Source: Octopus sinensis | Taxonomy: Eukaryota | Assembly: GCF_006345805.1 (NCBI RefSeq) | Contig: NC_043007.1 | Coordinates: 34,038,001 to 34,102,000, forward strand | Direction of reading: 5' to 3' | Length of the DNA: 64,000 nt | Shown here: positions 24,830-40,673 of the stretch, piece after piece | Layout of the letters: each line of letters starts with the position of its first letter | Position numbering within the stretch: position 1 is the stretch's first letter | Translations under genes and position numbers: made by a program | Notes under the pieces: model-generated | The model's input: only the letters and a program-made list of their open reading frames with translations | Told to the model about the DNA's origin: nothing | The model's database searches: none

Positions 24830-26890
24830 TAATTTTTCGTGGAAGTCCACCTAAAAAGAGGAACGCGTCATATTCATCAATGATTATTGACCCACTGAGA
24901 TAAATCGGGGTGAGTCGATAATCATTGATGAAGGGGACATATTCATCTGCGAAAGTTTTGATTGTGATCTTGAATCTACGTTTTTAGTAGTGTCACCGTC
25001 AAATATGTTATTTTTACTTTCCGATGTCAATAACAGACAAAGATCACAGGACTGCATAGTTTCATGTCATTCGTCATTGCAGGGTGGAATCTGGTAATAA
25101 CACTGGCTTCTTCCTTCTTTCAAGAAGATGCAATGAAAACAGCCTCTTTATAACCAACAAGAATTTTTTTTCTAGAATTATGCAGAATATCTTGGTTGCA
25201 TCCTCACTCCAAGTACTGGTAACTTCTGAAATATATAACCGTGAAAAGGTGCTGTCACGACGATGTATGTATAAGTTAAGTCTTACATAAGTTGTTGAAT
25301 ACAGTGCTGATCATAGCCTCGTTATAAGTAAAGTTAAAATTTAGACGTAGGAGATAGTTTTAGAGTAAACTATAACCGAGACGACTAAGAAGAGTGACAG
25401 GAATCTTAAATCATCTGCATTTCTAAACCTTTTTAAATGAAATCCTCCTTAAAACACCAAACAAAATACCCTCCCTGCTTCATGGTATAGAGAGCAACCA
25501 GTCTTCTGTAAAAGTGACTCTGTAAATTTCTCGTGCTTGAATACTTGGTCAGGTCCCTTCGTAAATGGATCTTACAAGGGTTGATTTGATGAAAATAATT
25601 AAGAAGTTGGGGCTTCTTTAAAAAAACAATAAGCTAATTAAAACTATCTGCATTTAAGTAAAACAGTAATGCAAAAGAAAAAAAGTAGCTGGCTTGAAAA
25701 TATGGCTCAGGAGGCAAATGTGTGCTGACGCAAACAATTCAAGGAAATGAAGTTCTGATGAAGTCCATTTTAAGTCCGTGCGCCTATTTCCTTCCTTTTC
25801 TCAGCAGAACGAAATGCAAATATCACAACCAAAAGCGTAATATGTGAAAGAAGGGCTGAAATTTTTAAGAATATTCTGAACTGATCACAGACACAAATGG
25901 CGAGTCTGTTCAGAATCTGTTTCAGATTGCCATCAACAGAACAATTATCTATTATCTCCTACTTGTTTCAGTCGTGAGACAGCGACCCTGCAGGAGTACC
26001 ATTTAGAAATTTTTTTAGACGGATAAGTTGAGACAAGTACTTAATATTTTTTAAAGCCTGGTACTTATTCTGTCAGTCGCTTTTGCCGGACCGCCTTATT
26101 ACGAGGACATAGTCACACCAACATCGGTTGTCAAGTTTGTCCCCAATCATAGGGACAAACATACACAAAAACACAAAGACATACACAGACACAGACACGG
26201 ACAAACAAACTGACACACGCACACACATGGAGATAAACACGCACACAAGACGAGATTCTTTCAGTCTCCACCTAACAAATCCATTCATAAGCATTTGGTT
26301 AGACAGAGGATATAGTAGAAGACACTTGCTCGAGGTGGACACAGCTATACTGAACTAGGAACCATGTGGTTGAGAAGCAGACTTTTCATCACACAGCCAC
26401 GTCTGAAATTCCTACTATTGTTTAAGAAGCAGTGTAGTTATGAGGTCACTGTCCTTTAAAAGACCATCTGACAGATGCAAAATGAATTACTGCTGAAATA
26501 TTATTGCCTGTAGTGGTGAAATGACCATTGAATATATAACTAAGCTATTTCCTTCAGGTAGTCAAGATGTGTCATTCTCTAAGAATTCTCGTATGTTTGA
26601 AACATTCGCCTGTATGAGAACAAAGTTGTTAGACAGTCACGTGGCACTCAATAGGATTATTTATCCTTTGTCAGATGCCGGAAAAATCTTGGCAACAATA
26701 ATGTTGACTCACCTCATTCAACAATTTAACGCTAACAATCTACCGCTAGAAAGCCAACTTGGCTTTTGTTGCGAAAGAAGCCCTATTGATATCCTCTTTG
26801 CCATAAGACAGATCCCTGGAGATGTATATAGCAGAAATAGGAACTGTAGATGACCTCTATTAACCTCATGACGGACTTCAGAAAGTGTGT
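24830..26890 (+). mobile_element. Decayed RTE-clade LINE (APE plus start of RT), interrupted by old SINE B
   Basis: NNTGFFLLSRRCNENSLFITNKNF and DHSLVISK (APE); LSDAGKILATIML..LPLESQLGF..RSPIDILFAIRQ (RT). Confidence 0.85.
25955..26402 (-). mobile_element. Diverged SINE family B
   Basis: Recognisable B head, microsatellite and tail with many substitutions. Confidence 0.75.
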
Positions 26891-26965
26891 CGTGGTGAAA
26901 TTTGGAAACCCCTTGATAGATATCGTTCTGCAAGGCCTTAGCAAACATATAATACAAATAAACCA

Positions 26966-27028
<63 letters not shown>

Positions 27029-27949
27029 GATCTATATAGTTTATAGATAAGAGACAGATATTCTCCGTATAGAATACATTTCGTAGTGCTCAAGAGATTT
27101 GAACTTGAGCTGGTAGAAGCGTAAATGTAAGAACAAGCAAGTTAGGCAAGTCGATTTACAAAAGAATATTAAAACGTCGGCTAAACATTTACTCAATTAA
27201 TGCGTCCACTAATGTTATCTATGTGCCGCCAATGCTGCTACATACATACATCCATACATACATACATACACATACATACATACATACATACATACATACA
27301 TACATACATACATACATTCGTACAAATACACACGTATGCTTTTGAACAGTCTCCTATCCACAATACAAAAGAGCCAGCGCTCCGGCAGGAAAAACAGACG
27401 AGGGCAGCAATGTCAAACTCCCTCATACAACAAATGGGCCAACAACCAGGGTAAAAGTACATGTAGGAGTGGCCTTATGATATCCCACCACCTTGACGCA
27501 ATCAACCAAAAAAAAAAAAGGTGTGGAAAAAGTCCAAAATCACTGTGGTGATTTTCTTGCACGCCCTGCTACCACGTAACAGGTATGTCGGATCCGTTAT
27601 CGCAAATAGCTGTTACGTAGTAGCAGAGCGTGTTAGAAATAACAGCCAAATCTTTGGATGTAAGATAACGTTGAATGCACTCGAAAAAGAAAAACCTCGG
27701 GGAAAAAATATATTTCACACCAAGGTTACGAAGTTCACTATATATATATGTGTTTATGTATGTATCTATGAATGTATGTATATGAGCATGTACGTATGTA
27801 AATCTACGTGTGTCTACGTGTGTGTATATGTGTATGTATATGTAAACGTATGTTTATGTGCTGGTTTGTGTGTCTGTTCAAGTTGTACATAAGACTTACT
27901 CTGTCGAAGGTTGTATGTATATATAATATATATATTTAATGTAAAAAAG

Positions 27950-28860
<911 letters not shown>

Positions 28861-28871
28861 ATGTCAATATA

Positions 28872-29292
28872 GGCGTAGGAGTGGCTGTGTGGTAAGTAGC
28901 TTGCTTACCAACCACATGGTTCCGGGTTCAGTCCCACTGCGTGGCACCTTGGTCAAGTGTCTTCTACTATAACCTCGGGCCGACCAACGCCTTGTGAGTG
29001 GATTTGGTAGACGGAAACTGAAAGAAACCCGTCATATATATGTATATGTATATATAAATGTATGTGTATGAGTTTGTGTGTCTGTATTTGTCCCCCCAAC
29101 CCCACCAACATCGCTTGACAACCGATGCTGGTGTGTTTACGTCCCCGTAACTTAGCGGTTCGGCAATAGAGACCGATAGAATAAGTACTAGGCTTACAAA
29201 GAATAAGTCCCGGGGGTCGATTTGCTCGACTAAAAGGTGGTGCTCCAGCATGGCCACGGTCAAATGACTGAAACAAGTAAAAGAGTAAGAGT
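28872..29292 (+). mobile_element. SINE family B
   Basis: Full-length with head GGCGTAGGAGTGGCTGTGTGG. Confidence 0.92.
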
Positions 29293-29867
29293 ATACATAT
29301 TCTCACTAACAAACATGCAAACACTCGTGGAAACACATACATGTACACACAGACTTAGTCTATTCTTCCTCACCATTCATAGCGCATATCTAGTATTTCT
29401 GTTTACCGTCAATTTATCCAGCTCCATACTTCGCTGTTCGGATACGGCATTCTTGCCTAATCACTTCCTTCATCTATATATGTTGTATAACAGAATCCGA
29501 ATTATTTTCTATTTATATTTTCTCTCTCTCTATCTTGACACATGGAATAGCTCTGAAACGTTCATAGTTTTCTCTTCCTGTACAAAAATTACACATATTT
29601 GTCATTCATTTTAGTTGCTATTACAGTAACTTAATCTGAACCCATTTATAGCATATTTTAACTTGCGGTAGGCATTAAAATATCTTCCAATATAATGAAC
29701 TCTGGGATTTTATCGGCTAAGTAACAATACATTCCACCTCTGTACAATATGTATGTATATATATATGTATATGTATAAATATGTGTGTGTGTATATCTAT
29801 ATATCTATATCTATCTATCAATCTCTATATATATGTCTGTATCTAGACGCACACACGTTTACCTTAT

Positions 29868-29943
<76 letters not shown>

Positions 29944-30109
29944 TTCCTTGTACGATGATGTATTCGTATAAGAAGCGTCCTAACTTTCAGTTCTGCCTCT
30001 AATTTCTATAGAAAATCTGTTGAAATAGCTTTAAAAAGTGATGTAAATACATATATACGTACATACACACACACGTATATATATATATATATTATTTCCT
30101 GGCGAATAG

Positions 30110-31000
30110 AACAGAACATGTTCTGGTCGATCGAGTCCACTCAAGCCCACCAAAAGTCACCAGTGGTGTCCTTCAGGGAACTGTCTTGGGCCCGCTCCTC
30201 TATATAATTTACATAAATGACAATTCCAGCATCGTAAATCACTGCAAAGTGAAAATGTTTGCTGATGACATTAAGCTCCAGCAAATCATCAATGAAGAAG
30301 AAGACCGAACTTAACTTCAGTCTGAACTATATGCTGCGAGTCAATGGGCAGACAGAAACAAAATGCAACTGAACGAGGGATAAGTTGAGCTGATGCATTT
30401 GGGAAGAAAGTCTATGCTAAAACAGCCATACTTTCTTCCTTCATGGGACCACTCACGGCATCTAATAATATCAGAAGCTTGGGTGTAATTGTAGATAACA
30501 ATCTCAGTTGGAGTGTCCACATCAACAATAAGGTCGATATAGCTCGTGGGATGAGCTCCTGGATCTTAAGAACCCTCCAGTCCAGAGAACAAGGTGTCAT
30601 CATACCACTTTTCTCCTTCTTTGTACTGCCACACTCCGAATACTGCTGCACCTTGTGGTCTCCCCATATAAAGCAAAACATCTCGAGGATTGAATAACCC
30701 CAGAGGGCACTCACTAAACGAATTGAAGGCATGACTGACCTCGATTATTGGAACTGCCTTAAAGCCTTGAAACTCTACCCTCTCCAGCGCCGCGGCGAGC
30801 GGTACATCATTTGTACGCCAGCATTGCACAAACGACCTGAACATTAGTTTCAAGGTTCGGGCTATACGACTCTTGCCCAATTCAGGATCACAACATATAG
30901 GTAAACTGCAACTCAATTTCTTTTCCTCAACAGGTCCTGCCCTGTTTAACATTTTCCCGAAAGAGATCACCTTGAAGAAATCTGCCTAGATTCCGTTTAA
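30110..31000 (+). mobile_element. Decayed CR1/L2-type LINE RT 3' part
   Basis: VTSGVLQGTVLGPLLYIIYIND...MFADDIKL, LGVIVDNNLSWSVHI, HSEYCCTLWSPH. Confidence 0.88.
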
Positions 31001-31132
31001 AGGTGATGGGATCCTTTTCTTCTTTGATCTCTTTGAAATTTAGGCCAGCTTAGGCATCATCGGACTGATGTACATTCGAGCTCATCATGGTTTTATTTTA
31101 TCTGTGTTAAGTTAAAATTTTCTGGTTTAGGT

Positions 31133-31518
31133 GGAAGGAAGCACTCCGTCGGTTACGACGACGAGGGTTCCGGTTGATCCGAATCAACGGAACAGCCTGC
31201 TCGTGAAATTAACGTGCAAGTGGTTGAGCACTCCACAGACACGTGTACCCTTAACGTAGTTCTCGGGGATATTCAGCGTGACACAGAGAGTGACAAGGCC
31301 GGCCCTTTGAAATACAGGTACAACAGAAACAGGAAGTAAGAGTGAGAGAAAGTTGTGGCGAAAGAGTACAGCAGGGATCGCCACCATCCCCTGCCGGAGC
31401 CTCGTGGAGCTTTAGGTGTTTTCACTCAATAAACACTCACAACGCCCGGTCTGGGAATCGAAACCGCGATCCTATGACCGCGAGTCCGTTGCCGTAACCA
31501 CTGGGCCATTGCGCCTCC
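31133..31518 (-). mobile_element. SINE family D
   Basis: 12-bp TSD TCTGGTTTAGGT at 31121-31132 and 31520-31531. Confidence 0.92.
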
Positions 31519-31851
31519 ATCTGGTTTAGGTAAAGCTTTATTGATTACTGATTATGGGTTTTATTGAATATTTATATATTGATTGAATTTGGGGTTATAT
31601 TTCTATTCAAATTTTATTCATGCGTATAAAAATTAATAATTTGGTGTATCTATTTAGGTGTGTCACCTTCTGGTAATGGGTAGATTTTTATGGAATACAT
31701 AAGAAAATTTAGGATTGTGGAAAAGGTTAGCTAACGTTTTCAGATTTAACCGTTTTTCTGGGGCACTGGAGGTAAAATTTCAGAGTTAAGTCCAACATTT
31801 AAACCTTTATATTTAGGTGTATTCTTTAGGTGTGCTAGCTTATAGCTCCGT

Positions 31852-32063
31852 TACTCTTTTACCTTTTTTACTTGTTTCAGTCATGTGACTGTGGCCATAC
31901 TGGAGCACCGCCTGTACGCGAGCAAATCGACCCTCAGGACTTATTCTTTGTAAGCCTAGTACATATTCTATCAGTCCGTTCGCCGAACCACTAAGTTACG
32001 GGGACGTAAACACACCAGCATCGGTTATCAAGCAATGTTGGGGGGACAAACACAGACGCACAA

Positions 32064-32119
<56 letters not shown>

Positions 32120-32552
32120 TTATAGCAATTAAGGACAACTACTTAATAAGGAAAACTTAACAAGAAATTGTCAGGTAGATAGCGTAAAAACCTCATAAGA
32201 GAAAAATTTCAAATAATTATTTCTTATTGAACATATTAATTTATATATAGAGGGCATTATACATACATGCCAGGAGGCATTCTACATACACGCCATACGC
32301 TAAGAGGGACAATCAGTCATTTCTACCAAAAATATTACTAATCCCACCGAATGCAATTTTTCAAAGAAAGACATTTAAAATATATATATTTTTAAATGTC
32401 TTTCTTTGAAAAATTGCATTCGGTGGGATTAGTAATATTTTTGGTAGAAATGACTGATTGTCCCTTAGCGTATGGCGTGTATGTAGAATGCCTCCTGGCA
32501 TGTATGTATAATGCCCTCTATATATAAAAAATATATATATATTATATATATA

Positions 32553-32601
<49 letters not shown>

Positions 32602-32800
32602 TAATATATATATATATACATATATACATATATACGACGGGCTTCTTTCAGTTTCCGTCTACCAAATCCACTCACAAGTCTTTGGTCGGCCTGAATCTAT
32701 AGTAGAATACACTTGCTTAAGGTGCCACGCAGTGGGACTGAACCCGGAACCATGTGGCTGGTAAGCAAGCTACTTACCATACAACCACTCCTGCGCCTAT
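31852..32800 (-). mobile_element. SINE family B split at its internal (CA)n(TA)n by an F2 foldback
   Basis: 3' half 31852-32090 and 5' half 32632-32800 are colinear. Confidence 0.88.
32125..32530. mobile_element. Foldback F2-family mini-element (HHR absent)
   Basis: Near-perfect palindrome of about 32243-32525 centred near 32385; arms homologous to the 17.1-17.4 kb arms. Confidence 0.85.
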
Positions 32801-32985
32801 AGAGATTTTAAGGGTTCACAAAAGAATGTAAGTAGATGGTAAGGATAGTTGTTTAGCAGATTTCTGTACTCGTTATTTGTGTCAGTTATGAGGTTATTCC
32901 TGTTGGGTACTGGGAAGTGAAGGGTAGCAGTGAAGTATGTCATGGTGTTGTTGGTATAGAAATTTGTCTATCATACGCGTTAAAA

Positions 32986-33425
32986 TCTCTCTCTATATAA
33001 ACGGCAGTTTGTCTGTCTGTATGTCTGTGTGTCTGTCAGGTTGTACCCTCACCCTGACCCCGGCTTTCAACCGATTCTGATGAAACTTGACACACACATA
33101 GCCCAATGTCATAATTCAAAACTAACGCAGTGAAAATTTTGAAAAGTTCCCCCAGTTCTGACAAAAATCGATAAATTCGACATGGGGTCGAGAATCTAAG
33201 CTTTTCCTATGCAACACATTTTCTGTCTAGGGGACACAACTCGACTTTTTTATCGCCCAAAGGGACAGCTAGGAACATCGTATACACAGAAGTATTCGAG
33301 TGAAGAGAAGACATTGCAACCTACACATGCGCCTTCGTTCCCTAGAGGGAAAGGACTAGATTGGGATTAGTCGTTGCCTACTAGGGGCTCTTACATACCC
33401 GGGCAACGCCGGGCTATGCTGCTAG
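32986..33425 (+). mobile_element. Non-autonomous Helitron
   Basis: A|TC start, 3' GC hairpin CCCGG-GCAACG-CCGGG (33398-33413), CTAG|T end. Confidence 0.9.
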
Positions 33426-34495
33426 TCTGATATATTTAGAAATGAATAATCACAACCACACCTTTAAAACTAAGTGTTCTCCATTTCAGTCGATACGCAT
33501 CCGAACTGAAACTCCGGATTAGTTTCTCCCTACAAACACAATATTCAAAATAGTAAAACCTATATGTTCTATGAACAGCTAACCATGAAAATATTCCATT
33601 ACCTTTCCTCCTCTCACCTGACTTTACCTCATGCTGTCTTCAGATTGTAAATAAGCACTAGCATTACAACTAAACAAATACTTTAGATATTATCTAAAAG
33701 TTGCCCAACTTCCAAACAAAATTTTCTCACCAACTATTTTGTAATATAAGTGCACACACTTTGATTCACAAACAAACACACACGCATGCGCGGGCGCGTG
33801 CAAGGGTGGCAGGGAATTATCTTGGTTAAAACATATGTTGCTTTTATATTTCTGTTTGTATATATACCTGTATAAAAATGTCTCACATTTGCATATATTC
33901 ATAGGTCATATGTAATATTTTAGTAAATAGCCTGTCTCGAAACCAGTTAGAAGAAAACTTTGTAAAACCATAGCCCACAACCTTAACCACCCTATAACAA
34001 AAAATTTTAATGTCTAAATAATGATCTAGAACAATTAACTCTACTAGAACAATTAATCCCAAGAGAGATATCTGCTGACCAATCTAACTTTACAATCTAC
34101 ACCATTTAATATGACAGCATAAGGTAGACAAATTTCTACATAAATAACTACATGACACACTTGGCTGTTAACCTCCAGCCTTCTAATATCAAATGGGTAA
34201 ACTATCTAAAATAATAGAAACAGCAATTAAAGAGATCTGCTGAACAATTGTCCTTACCACCTACTATCATTCTTTTATAAATCCTTAAAAACTCCATAAC
34301 CTAACATTTGACGCACTTAACTGAACATACCTAAGTACTGAGGTTTAACTGCATGCATGAATGCATTCTGAATAATAACATAATCCCAAGTTTCATCAAT
34401 ATGATTTTTCCTTTATGCCCCACAATCACAACCCACCATATAACTTAATTATCATTCGTCAGAATGACAATTTAATATAGTGAATAGGTTAATTT

Positions 34496-34905
34496 GGTGC
34501 AGGAATGACTGTGTGGTAAATAGCTTGCTTACCAGCCACATGGTTCCGAGTTCGTTCCCACTGCGTTGCACCTCGGGCAAGTGTCTTCTACTATAGCCTC
34601 GGGTCGACCAAAGCCTTGGGAGTGGATTTGGTAGACGGAAACCGAAAGACGCCCGTCTTATATATGTATATATATGTGTATGTATGTGTGTGTATATGTT
34701 TGTGTGTCTGTGTTTGTCCTCCCCAACATCACTTGACAACTGATGGTGGTGTGTTTATGTCGCCGTAACTTAGCGGTTCGGCAAAAGAGACCGATAGTAT
34801 AAGTACTAGGCTTCCAAAGAATAAGTCCTGGGGTCGATTTGCTCGACTAAAGGCGGTGCTCCAGCATGGCTGCAATCAAATGACTGAAACAAATACAAAT
34901 AAAAA
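34496..34905 (+). mobile_element. SINE family B
   Basis: Full-length match to other B copies. Confidence 0.9.
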
Positions 34906-35434
34906 AGAGAAAGAAAGACTGCATGAAGCCAAAATGCGCTCAAATGTAGCACAGTCTGATGATGATTAGGTGGTAAAAATTCCGAAGTTTCGGAGTCGCT
35001 GTCAATACAATTTATATTAAAGAATAATACATTTGTTCTGCGCAAAAAGTTTTGAGCAATCCTTCATTTTAAGGTAAAATGTTTTTTCTTGTACCTTAAT
35101 ATAAAGAAAAATATGATTATATATAATTCAGTGTGAGTGCATGTGTGTGTGTGGTGTGTGTGTGTGTGTGTATGTGTGAGTGTGTGTGTGTGTGTGTGTG
35201 GTGTGTATGTGTGAGTGAACTAGTTAAGCACGTACGCGCTACTCCCTTGAGCAGTTAGGTTACCCACTCGACCGACTGAATATTCATCGTCGAAAGAGAT
35301 GTAAGTCCATTTTGCTAAGAATTTTTAACAAACTGTAACGATTTGTACATAGTGATTTCATAATTACAGGAATAAATTTTAATCGCATTATTTGAAAAAC
35401 CTATTTTCATATCAACCAAGAAATCAAGAATATA

Positions 35435-35465
<31 letters not shown>

Positions 35466-35700
35466 TGTATGTATGTATGTATGTATGTATGTATGTATGT
35501 ATGTATGTATATGGGTATGTATGTATATGTGTATGTATGTATTTGCGTATGTTTGTATGTATGTTCGTATGAATGTACGTATGTATGCATATATGTATGT
35601 ATATATGTATGTATGTGCGCACTTATGTATGTATATATGTGTGTTTGTGTGTGTACGTGTACGTGTATGTGTGTGTGTGCGTGTGTGAGTGTATGTATGG
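35435..35700. repeat. (ATGT)n / (GT)n array
   Basis: Directly visible. Confidence 0.95.
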
Positions 35701-36388
35701 ATTTTATTTTTTATTTTTACTTATTTGGAGTCTCTGCCCCAGGAAAGTGCTGGTTTCTTACAAAGATATAAATTTCTGTCGTTGGAATTTAGATAACAAT
35801 AATTAATACTTTAAACTTGAAAATATTCTTGCATATTTACACTGTTCCACCTACAGATTGTTATCGTCGAAAAAACTAGTTCATTTTTTCTCTGACAACC
35901 TAAACTAATCCAAATGTATGTATGTATGTATTATGTATGTATGTATGTATGTATGTATGTATGTATGTATGTATGTGTGTCTATATAAATAAGGGAAAAG
36001 ATTGATAGTGTGTTCGAAGTCTCGACTTGCCTGCCTTCATCATATTATCTGATGAAGAGGACCAAACAGAAACATTAAAAATCACTGCTTACATCTTCAT
36101 TGTTAAGGTTATATATGTATACTATACCTCTGCCCTATTGTATATCAGGATTATTCCTTTTTTGCCAGCTGAGTGGGCTGGGGCAACGTAAAAACAAGTT
36201 TTTCTCAAGATCACAACACATCACCCGGTCCAAGTATCGAAACCACAATCTTACCATCATGATTCCAACATCCTAACCACTAAACCACACGTCTCCCCGA
36301 TACCACGCAGCCTAGGGACAAGCAGACTATAAGATATTCAGCTCAGTCGAGCAGCAGGTTTTATACAAGTGTTCCTCTTCTTCTAGTG

Positions 36389-36710
36389 CAGGGGTTCTCA
36401 AAAATTATTTATCTATGGGCCCTTTGATTATTAGCAACCTGATGCTTGAAAACTAATTTTAAAGATACTTCTTTCAAAAGTCCTATTGTGCCTTTCACGC
36501 ATTACCTTTTGTAGGTTGAACTTGTAAAATGTTAGAGAACTTATCCTTGCTGTTTCTTGCAAAAGATACTAATACATATCTAAATCAAAATCTTTTTATG
36601 GGCTCTTAAAATACTATTGTGGACCCCCAACTTGCAATGTTGCTTCATGGAACCCTAAAAATCTTACAAGGACTCTCAGGAGTCATATATGCCTCGGTTG
36701 GGAACCAAAG
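36389..36710. mobile_element. hAT/Charlie-like MITE (decayed)
   Basis: Left CAGGGGTTCTCAA, right TTGGGAACCAAAG; flanks TTCTAGTG and TTCTAAAG resemble the NTCTAGAN target. Confidence 0.6.
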
Positions 36711-36819
36711 TTCTAAAGGGATGCTTTAGCAATGACAAGAGTTTTCTCATTCCCTATGGACTTACTGCACTCTCTGACACTAACCCAAGTAATTCTACGT
36801 CTCAGTGTACACTACATAC

Positions 36820-37037
36820 ATACATAGATACACACACACATACATACATGCACACACAATTATAGGGGCATATGTATATATGTTTTTGTTTTTACACGCA
36901 CACGTTCATATATGCGTATTATATTTCTACATACAGACATATTTATAGTTGCATAAATATATGTGTGCGTCTGCGCGTGTGCATGAGCATCTATCTATCT
37001 ATATACATATATAAGTATATATATATATGTATTATGC

Positions 37038-37084
<47 letters not shown>

Positions 37085-37302
37085 CATTTGTACATATGTA
37101 TATATATATATACATGTATATATGTATATACATGTGTATATATGTGTATATATTCATATATATGTACATGTATATATGCGTATATATATATGTCTATATC
37201 TATATCTATCGATATATATATATATATATATACGTACATAAATATGCGTACAGACATTTATATTGGCATATATATTTAGAGACTCATATTTAAAGGTGTG
37301 TA

Positions 37303-37363
<61 letters not shown>

Positions 37364-37390
37364 GTCTGTGTATGAGTGTGTGTGCGTGCG
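36820..37390. repeat. Compound (TA)/(GT)/(TATC) microsatellites
   Basis: Directly visible. Confidence 0.9.
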
Positions 37391-38169
37391 TGCAGGTGTC
37401 TATTCTACTATGATTATAACATGCATTTTACATATTACCAAGGAATGGAATTAATAAAATAGATGCCTACAACAACAACAACAACTATAGATAAATCATC
37501 GCTAGGTCATAAAACTGCATTTTATTTATTTATTTATTTATATATTTTAGTTTTATACTATTTATTACTTTACGTTCGATTTTTTTTTTTACTACAAAAT
37601 ATTTTCTCTCAGATAGCAATAAAAAGGATTTGTTTTATTGTACACTCTTCTTCTTTTCTTTAATTATTCTTCATAAATTGAAATCCTGTAAATGCAAAGA
37701 AAATAAAAGCAAACAAAAAAGAAAATGAAAACAAAATCAAACAAAACAATGAGATATAGGATTATTGAAAAAAAAAATTTGTTAATAATTTTCAGATTGT
37801 TTTCATTGCTTTTGAACTAGAAGTCGACTCGGTTCTTCTGTTTCGTTTATTTCTTCAATTTATAAAAACAAAATAAAATATGGAAAATAAGAAAAACTAA
37901 AAAAAAAAAAAAAAAAAAAAAATTCTTGATGCATATTCAAGAATATATTTAAGGAGGAGCTGAAGTTTCTTAGAGTTTTAATCTCAAAGTTATCAAGACG
38001 GTTATCAATAGGCTTGACAATCTAAGAAAAAAAAAAAAAATCAAGAAATGAAAGGATTTTTTTTTTTTTTTATATTTCATCTCATCAAAATGTATTTCCA
38101 GAGTAAAAGATAATAATGAAGACTGACTAGATAAAAACCTTGGAAACAATCTCAGAATGCGAAAAGAGA

Positions 38170-38210
38170 GTGATAGATAGATAGTTAGATAGTCAGATAT
38201 ATAGTAGATT

Positions 38211-38283
<73 letters not shown>

Positions 38284-38315
38284 CTAGATAGATACATAGA
38301 TACATAGATAGATAA

Positions 38316-38346
<31 letters not shown>

Positions 38347-38365
38347 GATAGATAGATAGAGATAG

Positions 38366-38396
<31 letters not shown>

Positions 38397-38490
38397 GATA
38401 GATAGATAGATAGATGGATAGATAGATAGATAGATGGATAGATAGATAGATAGAGATAGATAGATAGATAGATAGATAGATGGATAGATG

Positions 38491-38539
<49 letters not shown>

Positions 38540-38586
38540 TTAGATAGTCAGATATATAGTAGATTGATAGATAGATAGATAGATGG

Positions 38587-38637
<51 letters not shown>

Positions 38638-38641
38638 GATG

Positions 38642-38714
<73 letters not shown>

Positions 38715-38815
38715 TCAGACAGAGAAGCAGATAGACAAACAGACATATAGATAGATAGATAAATAAACAGAAAGTGAGAGATAGAGAGAGAGAGGTGTAA
38801 GAGAGAGAGGTGTAA

Positions 38816-38866
<51 letters not shown>

Positions 38867-38870
38867 GTAT
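38170..38870. repeat. Long (GATA)n then (GA)n array with an internal duplicated variant block
   Basis: GTTAGATAGTCAGATATATAGTAGATTG occurs at about 38182 and 38539. Confidence 0.95.
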
Positions 38871-39212
38871 TAGAGACAGATGCTGCATTATAAAAATGTG
38901 TCATGATAGAGACAAAATTTTAGTTGATATATTTATTGTACATTCCAGAACCCTGTATCTACGGCAGCTGCAAACACAATTCCAATAAGTATCAAGCATT
39001 GAGACAGATTTTAGATGTATGTGGAATTCTTACGATTCTTTATTAGTTTCTGTGATGATGTAACCTGCCAGCTGCGTTACTATACTCCATATTACCATAC
39101 TCCACAATGTTGAAGTTAAGAATCGGTTGGCAATGCAAAACACACGTCAGAATTTCTGTATCCCTGTTGCTTTCTCAGGAAGTTACGTATCTTTTCTGCT
39201 ATTTGTAATTTA

Positions 39213-39586
39213 CTCTTTAACTCTTTAACTTGTTTCAGTCATTTTACTGTGGCCATGCTGGAGCACCGCCTTTAGTCAAGCAAATCGACGCCAGGACTTA
39301 TTCTTTGTAAGCCTAGTACTTATTCTATCGGTCTCTCTTTTGCCGAACCGCTAAGTTACGGGGACGTAAACACACCAGCAACGGTTGTCAAGCAATGTTG
39401 GTGGTGGGGGTAGACAAACGCAGACACATAAACATATACACACACTTACATATATACATATATACGACGGGCTTCTTTCAGTTTCCGTCTACCAAATCCA
39501 CTCACAAGGATTTGGTCGGCCCGAGGCTATAGTAGAATACACTTGTCCAAGATGCCACGCAGTGGGGCTGAACCCAGAACCATGTC
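39213..39586 (-). mobile_element. SINE family B (5' end missing)
   Basis: Match to B consensus up to CCCAGAACCATGT. Confidence 0.88.
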
Positions 39587-39952
39587 TTCGTAAAAAGTAG
39601 GTGTTGGTCCCTAACATAGATACAAATCTCCAGCATTGGAACGCAGAGAACAACACGAGATTTCACATGTCTCCACATTATCATTTAGATATTTACTTTT
39701 AAAACGGGAAGCACAAGTCAATGTTCATATAAATGTGAATTTATAATCTGGGTGAAGATATTGTTCGTAGATATTCACTTCCTCTTTGATTTTCGAAGAC
39801 ATTCAGATTAACTGGGCAGCTGAACTTTATGACGCTACATACGTTTTTTGTCCGTCCTAAATAACGATATCCAGTTTGTGGCGTTTGTGATCGGGAGAAG
39901 CTTTGACAAGAATGCTCGACCAATATTCATTATGTTGACGTTTATGTATGTA

Positions 39953-39984
<32 letters not shown>

Positions 39985-40179
39985 TAAAAGTAGCAAAAAT
40001 ATAACAGACAAGCAGACAGAGAGACAGATAGATATAGGTAGATGGATAGACGAACGGGAACGTGAAACTCTGAGTAACAGCTTTTGTTATATTTCTGCTG
40101 CTTTTAAATAAACCATATTACTGTACCTCTGGTATTTGAGTACTCTTTTTTCCCACCTTTCACATTTATGTGCTTACTC

Positions 40180-40236
<57 letters not shown>

Positions 40237-40404
40237 GTATATATATGTATATATGTATATATATATATGTATGTATATAATATATATATAATATATATAT
40301 ATATACATACAACATATAGATAGATATGTGAATATATATACATATACATACATACGTACGTACATACATACATATATATATATATCTATATATATTATAT
40401 ATAT

Positions 40405-40673
40405 ATATATATAAAAGGGCTTAGTAAAATAATATTGCCGCTACTGACTCATTAGAAATAGCAGGTAAAAAACTTTTTAAAGTAAATTAGTATAGCTAAA
40501 AAGTTTAAAAAAGTTTTTAAAAAGTTTTTTAGCTGCTATTCTAATGAGTTCAGTATCAAAGTAATTATTTTACTAAGCCCTTTTATATAATGTAATAATT
40601 TATTTGCCTTGATGGTCCCTTTGCATACTGAACATGGTGAAATGATTATAATTATATTTGCCCTCAATTGTTG

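Noticed and set aside
34300-34420. Possible Penelope ORF N-terminus (ECILNNNIIPSF)
   Set aside because: One short weak motif amid stops; no RT or GIY-YIG evidence nearby.
36049-36085. CTGATGA...GAAAC hammerhead-like motif
   Set aside because: Stem II cannot pair and there is no NUH or stem I; at best a deleted relic.
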